This document shows positions 48,442 through 53,141 of a DNA stretch of 53,141 nt, in pieces. The notes beneath the pieces are model-generated. The model worked only from the letters and a program-made list of their open reading frames with translations. It was not told where the DNA came from and did not search any database. The translations under genes and the position numbers were made by a program. Within the stretch, counting starts at the first letter, position 1. Each line of letters starts with the position of its first letter. Origin of the DNA: a virus (lineage: Duplodnaviria > Caudoviricetes); IMG/VR virus record IMGVR_UViG_3300047564_007050, positions 1 through 53,141 of that record. One strand, given 5' to 3'.

Positions 48442-48699
48442 TTAATCTAATAAATCATAGTCAAAATTGAACTTGTCATACGTTGAAGTTTCTATAAAGA
48501 ATGCGATTTTAATAAACAACCAACTAAATTTATACTTTAGCAAATCTGGTTCATACAGCCAATCATCAGCATAGCTAGGAATTTTTATAAACAAAGGAAG
48601 TAATGTCCAGGTTCTCGGATTAATTGAAATTGAAACAATTACATTAGAATTTTTAACTCTATATATAAAATTTTTAACACCAGTAGAAATTGAAATCAT
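48442..48699 (-). CDS. Hypothetical protein
   Basis: 85-aa ORF with ATGA overlap. Confidence 0.55.
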   Translation of the reverse strand: MISISTGVKNFIYRVKNSNVIVSISINPRTWTLLPLFIKIPSYADDWLYEPDLLKYKFSWLFIKIAFFIETSTYDKFNFDYDLLD

Positions 48700-49133
48700 A
48701 GTTTTTTCGCCTCTAACTCATATCTATCAACTATAGTTAACCACTGCTTAGTGTCCATGTCCATGCCAATAGAGCCAAACTTATCTTTATGCTCTAATAT
48801 CTCTTTGACATATAATTGCTTGTCGGCATCTGAAAGGTTATTCCAAGCCATATGAATTGACTGAACTACATAATCAACAACATAGGTTGCCCTACCCAAA
48901 GCATATCTAAATGCACAAAATAAAATCATATCATAATTTGCTGGACCAGATTTATCTTCACTAGGTTTATTTACCATCTGAAGCACAACATTTATAAACT
49001 CTCTAGCAGCCTCAGTTAATGTAACATCATGGGCAATTACTACATCAAAAGTATCGTCTTTAGGTATTATTCTAAGATACTCTTTTGCTGGTCGAGACCC
49101 AATAACTTTAAATTTAGAATACTCTTCGCTCAT
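48696..49133 (-). CDS. Hypothetical protein
   Basis: 145-aa ORF with AFRYALGR-TY motif, recalled from phage hypotheticals. Confidence 0.7.
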   Translation of the reverse strand: MSEEYSKFKVIGSRPAKEYLRIIPKDDTFDVVIAHDVTLTEAAREFINVVLQMVNKPSEDKSGPANYDMILFCAFRYALGRATYVVDYVVQSIHMAWNNLSDADKQLYVKEILEHKDKFGSIGMDMDTKQWLTIVDRYELEAKKL

Positions 49134-49158
49134 ATTGAATAGCCAACTTAGTTAGGTT

Positions 49159-49231
49159 TGTCTCCAAGGGAAATCGAATCCCTGTTCCCTCCGTGAAAGG
49201 GAGGTGTCCTAGGCCGCTAGACGATGGAGAC
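49159..49231 (-). tRNA. tRNA-Glu(TTC), CCA not encoded
   Basis: Acceptor GTCTCCA/TGGAGAC; anticodon arm CCTCC-CTTTCAC-GGAGG; T-loop TTCGATT. Confidence 0.92.
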
Positions 49232-49282
49232 AAATAAATTAAAATAATCCTCTTAATAAAATATTTAACACTTATAATTAAT

Positions 49283-49645
49283 TTACTTCGTATATGTAAT
49301 CGTGTCTAGACCATCTGTAGTAAATTCAATTTTAGTTGGCGGTACCATTTGTTGAACATCTAAGTTTATTGCAGAAGAGTTCTCATTAGAATTGTTTGCA
49401 ATAAAAGCTACGCCCGCACCAACAATCAATAAAAGCACCACAAAAAGTTGCATTACATTAGAATATAGCTTAACCTGTTTACTATGGCGTTTAGTCACTT
49501 CTCTATGACAAGCCATAAAGCCCAGTCTAGCCATAGCCATATATGTAGCTAGTTCAGACGGCTTAGACTTTTCATGCTCAGGCAGCTCGCTTTCATCAAA
49601 AGTCTCTCGCAACCACTCTTCGCACAACTCTTCAATCGTTTTCAT
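49283..49645 (-). CDS. Hypothetical membrane protein with duplicated N-terminal module
   Basis: Start at MKTIEELCEEW after GGGG SD; one TM segment LFVVLLLIVGAGVAFIA. Confidence 0.7.
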   Translation of the reverse strand: MKTIEELCEEWLRETFDESELPEHEKSKPSELATYMAMARLGFMACHREVTKRHSKQVKLYSNVMQLFVVLLLIVGAGVAFIANNSNENSSAINLDVQQMVPPTKIEFTTDGLDTITYTK

Positions 49646-49652
49646 TTTATTC
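49505..49652. repeat. 148-bp imperfect direct repeat, copy 1
   Basis: Aligns without gaps to 50381-50528; encoded peptides are 38/47 identical. Confidence 0.9.
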
Positions 49653-49980
49653 CCCACATATTGTCACCGATAAACCGTTCACAATTTACTCCACCAGTGC
49701 AATTTCTTTTTCCATCAGAAGAGCCGCCACACTCGGCTATTCCATGCCCAGTATCAGTTCCGTTTATGTCACCAAACCCGCTGCCAGAGCCATAACCGTG
49801 ACCGTTGATGCCACACCCACCATCACCATAATTTCCTTGTTGGCCAAACCCGTAGCCATAATCATCATCGCTATTTGAACAATCTGGTTGACATCTCGTA
49901 TCTGGATCAACGGCTTCTGCCTCACGAGCCATACTCTCGGACATTCTTTGTTCAAGACTTCGTGTAATTGCTTTTTTCAT
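49642..49980 (-). CDS. Gly-rich low-complexity protein
   Basis: GYGFG...GNYGDGGCG...GYGSGSGFGD repeats. Confidence 0.65.
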   Translation of the reverse strand: MKKAITRSLEQRMSESMAREAEAVDPDTRCQPDCSNSDDDYGYGFGQQGNYGDGGCGINGHGYGSGSGFGDINGTDTGHGIAECGGSSDGKRNCTGGVNCERFIGDNMWGIK

Positions 49981-50002
49981 ACTCTATGAAATCATTCTAA
50001 AG

Positions 50003-50521
50003 TTAGGCTTTCCACTCAGGCACACCCAAAATACAGTTTACCGCTTTTGGTGTGCATGGTATAATCTCAATGGCTTCGGTCAAAATCATTTTTGGCACCG
50101 TTACGCTAAATTTACACAAATTTGGCTTAGTAACTCCATCAACTGCCAGTTGAGAAAGAGTTGCAGCACCTTCCCAATACCAAATACGCCTTGCATCTTT
50201 TAACCAAACCTCTTTGCCTTCTCGCTTGGTTAATATACCAAAATGAACTCCAGCCGAGTATGCTCTAATTAAAACATACTCAGATCCCGTAATCTTTTCT
50301 TCGCTGCATACATCATACGGAAAATTTTGCAAAGTTTCGACTCTTTTCTCAACGTCTTTCAGTTTAGCTTCGTACAATGTATGACAAGCCATAAAGCCAA
50401 GTCTAGCCATAACTTTATATGTAGCCAAATCAGATGGCCTAGTTTTTTCGTGTTCGGGCAACTCGCTCTGATCAAAAGTATCTTGCAACCACTCTTCACA
50501 TAGTTCTTCAGCCGTTTTCAT
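50003..50521 (-). CDS. Hypothetical protein: duplicated N-terminal module fused to a DUF6948-like domain
   Basis: Start MKTAEELCEEW after GGAG SD; C-terminal YVLIRAYSAGVHFG...ARRIWYWEGAATLSQLA-DG...EIIPC. Confidence 0.72.
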   Translation of the reverse strand: MKTAEELCEEWLQDTFDQSELPEHEKTRPSDLATYKVMARLGFMACHTLYEAKLKDVEKRVETLQNFPYDVCSEEKITGSEYVLIRAYSAGVHFGILTKREGKEVWLKDARRIWYWEGAATLSQLAVDGVTKPNLCKFSVTVPKMILTEAIEIIPCTPKAVNCILGVPEWKA

Positions 50522-50528
50522 TTTATTC
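50381..50528. repeat. 148-bp imperfect direct repeat, copy 2
   Basis: Aligns to 49505-49652, including GAATAAA before the ATG. Confidence 0.9.
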
Positions 50529-50813
50529 TCCATCACAAATTTTATTAGCCTGAGCTTCGCTAGAGCCCGCTTCACCACTCAGTCTATCATACTCTTTAGA
50601 TTTAGTCAAGGTCTTTTCCCACACCTCATCAAAGCTAACATTAACACTAAAGCCAGCCTTGAGCTTTTGCTCACGCCGCCAAGACTCACTTCGGTGAATG
50701 TTCTCGGCTTGTTCTCTAACCAATTTTTTAAGTCTAAACAACTCTAAAGCATATGCACTAAGAGCTTCTTTAACTTCATCTAGTTCTACTTCGTTCCAGT
50801 CAATGTCAATCAT
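50523..50813 (-). CDS. Hypothetical protein
   Basis: 96-aa ORF, tight operon spacing. Confidence 0.6.
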   Translation of the reverse strand: MIDIDWNEVELDEVKEALSAYALELFRLKKLVREQAENIHRSESWRREQKLKAGFSVNVSFDEVWEKTLTKSKEYDRLSGEAGSSEAQANKICDGE

Positions 50814-50814
50814 A

Positions 50815-50943
50815 TTAACACGAAGCCAACTTTATAACTTTTACAATGAAAAATATGCCGATTAGCTTAACCATTAGCCAAACAAGCAAGATAAACAATA
50901 TACTACCAATAATAACAATCAAATCTTTTGTATCTTTATTCAT
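50815..50943 (-). CDS. Small membrane protein (42 aa; not in ORF track)
   Basis: MNKDTKDLIVIIGSILFILLVWLMVKLIGIFFIVKVIKLASC; ATGA overlap upstream; ends 1 nt before the next start. Confidence 0.55.
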   Translation of the reverse strand: MNKDTKDLIVIIGSILFILLVWLMVKLIGIFFIVKVIKLASC

Positions 50944-51164
50944 ATTCTAATCTCAATTCTATTATTCACTATTGTTACTTGAGAAGAAGGTATTTTGTAT
51001 CGTGACACTATATAGTTTTTAACTCTATTTTTCTTTTCTTCTGTCGCATCAAAATCAAGCTCTATGAGAGAATACCCAATTCGACGCCGATATTGCCTAA
51101 TTAAGCCACCGTAATATGCCTCAATTAGTTCATGTTGCAACTCAATAGGAAGCGACATATTCAA
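50940..51164 (-). CDS. Hypothetical protein
   Basis: 74-aa ORF with overlapping start/stop. Confidence 0.55.
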   Translation of the reverse strand: MNMSLPIELQHELIEAYYGGLIRQYRRRIGYSLIELDFDATEEKKNRVKNYIVSRYKIPSSQVTIVNNRIEIRI

Positions 51165-51358
51165 CTCTCAGACGTTTCTTCTTCATAAACCAAACTCAAT
51201 TCTTCATATGAACCAAGTTCGCCTTCTCGTCTTAGATAGTCTTTGCCGCCGTCTACAAAAACCGACTCGCATGAGCAATATTTAAAATCATGTCTATCAA
51301 CACTCTCTATAATATCTTTACAATATAGACATTTAATTTTATTAGATATAATCTTCAT
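51161..51358 (-). CDS. Small Zn-ribbon protein
   Basis: NKIKCLYCKDIIES--HDFKYCSC--VFVDGG--YLRR. Confidence 0.72.
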   Translation of the reverse strand: MKIISNKIKCLYCKDIIESVDRHDFKYCSCESVFVDGGKDYLRREGELGSYEELSLVYEEETSES

Positions 51359-51537
51359 AGGCCCAAGTGAAGTTTTAAAAGTTTTGCAAAATCTTTAGGA
51401 TCTCGAACTTTAACAAATATCAACAATATGAATAGACATAAAACAAAATTATGTATACTTATATCATTTGGTATTTTTACATCTAAGCCGGTATCAGATT
51501 TTTGCAGATTTAAAATAACATCTTTACGAGTAATCAT
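51355..51537 (-). CDS. Small hypothetical protein with one hydrophobic segment
   Basis: 60-aa ORF with ATGA overlap downstream. Confidence 0.55.
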   Translation of the reverse strand: MITRKDVILNLQKSDTGLDVKIPNDISIHNFVLCLFILLIFVKVRDPKDFAKLLKLHLGL

Positions 51538-51543
51538 TAACTA

Positions 51544-51572
51544 AACATACTATAAAAGATGAAGCATGTCAA
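51544..51572 (-). promoter_or_regulatory. Putative sigma70-type early promoter
   Basis: TTGACA-17 nt-TATGTT with an AT-rich upstream tract. Confidence 0.55.
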
Positions 51573-51621
51573 TTAATTTTTTGAGACGTGGTGAAATAAA
51601 TATCCGGGCAAAAGAAATCGG

Positions 51622-52212
51622 TTAGTTATTTTCTGCTCCACAAACTTTCCAGAGGTATTCTTTCTTGTCTGCAATTATTATGAAGTATCTACTTAGAGCA
51701 AACAATAGATCACTAAGTCTGTTCACGTAGATTAGAGTGTTGCTTGACAAATCTGTTTCAACAGATTTTAGAGCCCATAGGTTACGCTCAACTCTTCTAC
51801 ATACGGCTCTTGCAATATGTAGAAATGCGTTTAGCTCGCTGCCGCCAGGCAATACAAATGATTTTAATTCTGGCACGACATCGACCATCTCATCAATTGC
51901 ATTCTCTAAAAAGCTGATGTGGGTCTCATTTATAAAGTCAAGTTTGGTTCTATACTCGTCACCACTTTCAGTTGCAATATATGCGCCAATATCAAACAAG
52001 TCATTTTGAATTTTAGCCATTATAGAAACAATGTTGGGTCGATATTCACTAAGCTCAATTTTAGTTCTAACTAGACCAAGATGAGCATTAAGTTCATCAA
52101 GTTCACCAACGCAACACATCTTCAATGATTGCTTTTCAATCATTGAGCCGCCGACCATATGTGTTTTTCCGGCATCGCCATTCTTAGTATAAATTTTATT
52201 GATTTTTACCAT
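51622..52212 (-). CDS. pduO: ATP:cob(I)alamin adenosyltransferase, PduO type
   Basis: KIYTKNGDAGKT, GELDELNAHLG, IQNDLFDIGA, FVLPGGS, LHIARAVCRRVER, YVNRLSDLLF--SR. Confidence 0.95.
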   Translation of the reverse strand: MVKINKIYTKNGDAGKTHMVGGSMIEKQSLKMCCVGELDELNAHLGLVRTKIELSEYRPNIVSIMAKIQNDLFDIGAYIATESGDEYRTKLDFINETHISFLENAIDEMVDVVPELKSFVLPGGSELNAFLHIARAVCRRVERNLWALKSVETDLSSNTLIYVNRLSDLLFALSRYFIIIADKKEYLWKVCGAENN

Positions 52213-52240
52213 AACAAACAATTATAAACTATTATAGCGA

Positions 52241-52248
52241 TATTTATA
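52241..52248 (-). promoter_or_regulatory. Late promoter TATAAATA upstream of pduO
   Basis: Exact consensus in the short gap between tRNA-Arg and pduO. Confidence 0.55.
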
Positions 52249-52255
52249 CAGATAA

Positions 52256-52333
52256 TGGCGCACCTAGCAAGACTCGAACTTGCGACTTCTTCCTTAGAAG
52301 GGAAGTGCTCTAATCCAACTGAGCTATAGGTGC
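52256..52333 (-). tRNA. tRNA-Arg(TCT) with encoded CCA
   Basis: Acceptor GCACCTA/TAGGTGC-G-CCA; anticodon arm CTTCC-CTTCTAA-GGAAG; TTCGAGT. Confidence 0.95.
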
Positions 52334-52341
52334 GTGTGTAT

Positions 52342-52414
52342 TGGGTCCAGTGAGACTTGAACTCACAACCTGCGCCTTAAAAGGGCGTTATTCTACCAGT
52401 TGAATTATGAACCC
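52342..52414 (-). tRNA. tRNA-Lys(TTT), CCA not encoded
   Basis: Acceptor GGGTTCA/TGGACCC; anticodon loop CTTTTAA; TTCAAGT. Confidence 0.9.
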
Positions 52415-52423
52415 ACAGATTAA

Positions 52424-52510
52424 TGGTGGGGAATGAGGGAATCGAACCCCCTTGCGCAAAAGCGCATCAGGTTTACAGCCTGACGTCAATTCCAGTATGA
52501 CCTATTCCCC
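52424..52510 (-). tRNA. tRNA-Tyr(GTA) with long variable arm and CCA
   Basis: Acceptor GGGGAAT/ATTCCCC-A-CCA; TCAGG-CTGTAAA-CCTGA; variable arm GCGC-TTTT-GCGC. Confidence 0.92.
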
Positions 52511-52547
52511 ATAAATTGAGATGTCAACTTGACACCTCAAACAAAAA

Positions 52548-52790
52548 TTACTTGGCACGAAGGCTTTTAAGGTAGTAAAACATGCATACTGCATCAACAA
52601 GAAGTCCGATTGAGTAGGCAAGAATAGTACCAAAAAATATATCGAGAGCAAAATACTGCCAACTAAACTCACCAGAGTAAGTAAGAAAGCTAGAACAATT
52701 GCCAAAAAACACAACTGCAATTAAAGATATGACAATACCCAAAGTATATCCGATCCAGCGATTCAAGAACAAAAATGTAGTCATACTCAC
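52548..52790 (-). CDS. Small membrane protein
   Basis: Two hydrophobic segments; GTGA overlap with the upstream small ORF. Confidence 0.6.
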   Translation of the reverse strand: MSMTTFLFLNRWIGYTLGIVISLIAVVFFGNCSSFLTYSGEFSWQYFALDIFFGTILAYSIGLLVDAVCMFYYLKSLRAK

Positions 52791-52933
52791 CTATATAATT
52801 TAAATTTATTTCTCATTCGTTGCAATCTTCGTTTTCGTTTAGCACTCAACCTTCTATCAATACTTAGAAGTTTAAGCCCACACGCAACAGCAAAACCGCC
52901 CAACAATATATACAGTATATCAAAACTAATCAT
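52787..52933 (-). CDS. Small membrane-anchored basic protein (48 aa; not in ORF track)
   Basis: MISFDILYILLGGFAVACGLKLLSIDRRLSAKRKRRLQRMRNKFKLYR; overlaps both neighbours. Confidence 0.55.
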   Translation of the reverse strand: MISFDILYILLGGFAVACGLKLLSIDRRLSAKRKRRLQRMRNKFKLYR

Positions 52934-53141
52934 TTGTCAACACTGAAATTGCAGGCAGCCGAGTTTCACTAAGTTCTTCAATATTATTCATATCACCATA
53001 CCTACGAAGTTCTTTAAGACCACCATCAACAGAAGTTTTACCGCAACCACAGATATTCAAATGAAAGTCGCTTTGACTTTCAATTATCCAGTTGCAGATG
53101 CGGCACTTAACTTTATTAGAAATGATATTTGAGGCTGGCAT
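52926..53141 (-). CDS. Small Zn-ribbon protein, paralogue of 51161-51358 (start at the window edge)
   Basis: NKVKCRICNWIIES--DFHLNICGCG-TSVDGG--LRR. Confidence 0.7.
   Translation of the reverse strand: MPASNIISNKVKCRICNWIIESQSDFHLNICGCGKTSVDGGLKELRRYGDMNNIEELSETRLPAISVLTND

Noticed and set aside
49505-50528. Diversity-generating retroelement template/variable repeat pair
   Set aside because: Differences include many C/T and G/T synonymous changes rather than adenine-only changes, the repeats are N-terminal, and there is no reverse transcriptase in the window.
605-52009. Plus-strand ORFs in the ORF track (e.g. 2347-2670, 7237-7527, 11032-11382, 11265-11516, 27197-27556, 36064-36393)
   Set aside because: They are antisense shadows of well-supported minus-strand genes, with no motifs or ribosome-binding sites.
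309-52720. Short same-strand alternative-frame ORFs (309-533, 1053-1310, 12994-13281, 15294-15479, 18156-18353, 21342-21533, 34664-34867, 49764-49955, 52502-52720)
   Set aside because: All are under 100 aa with no domain signal, unlike the nested HNH, and are compatible with chance.
1-53141. CRISPR array, rRNA, integrase or transposase
   Set aside because: I saw no regularly spaced repeats, no long non-coding stretch and no recombinase or transposase motifs.

Overview
This window is part of an AT-rich, T4-like (myovirus) bacteriophage genome, almost entirely on the minus strand. Read from right to left it has an accessory region (small genes, four tRNAs, a PduO-type cobalamin adenosyltransferase and a nucleotidyltransferase). 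A near-complete virion module follows: gp5, gp25, gp6, gp7-like, gp8, a 2680-aa DUF4815/VrlC-like protein, fibre and tailspike genes, holin, gp13-16, gp17 terminase, gp18 sheath, two gp19-like tube genes, gp20 portal, a small core gene, gp21 protease, two extra genes, gp22 and gp23. T4-type late promoters (TATAAATA) precede many of these genes. The standout is the terminase large subunit gene, which holds two inteins, each invaded after its short N-terminal segment by a homing endonuclease gene in the +1 reading frame. Intein 1 (Walker A) is fractured into a trans-splicing pair around a Vsr-like endonuclease. Intein 2 (Walker B) stays contiguous: a complete HNH/NUMOD3 endonuclease gene with its own Shine-Dalgarno and late-promoter-like motif is overprinted inside it, while the intein frame stays free of stops for about 240 codons. 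All calls come from reading motifs by eye; no searches were run.
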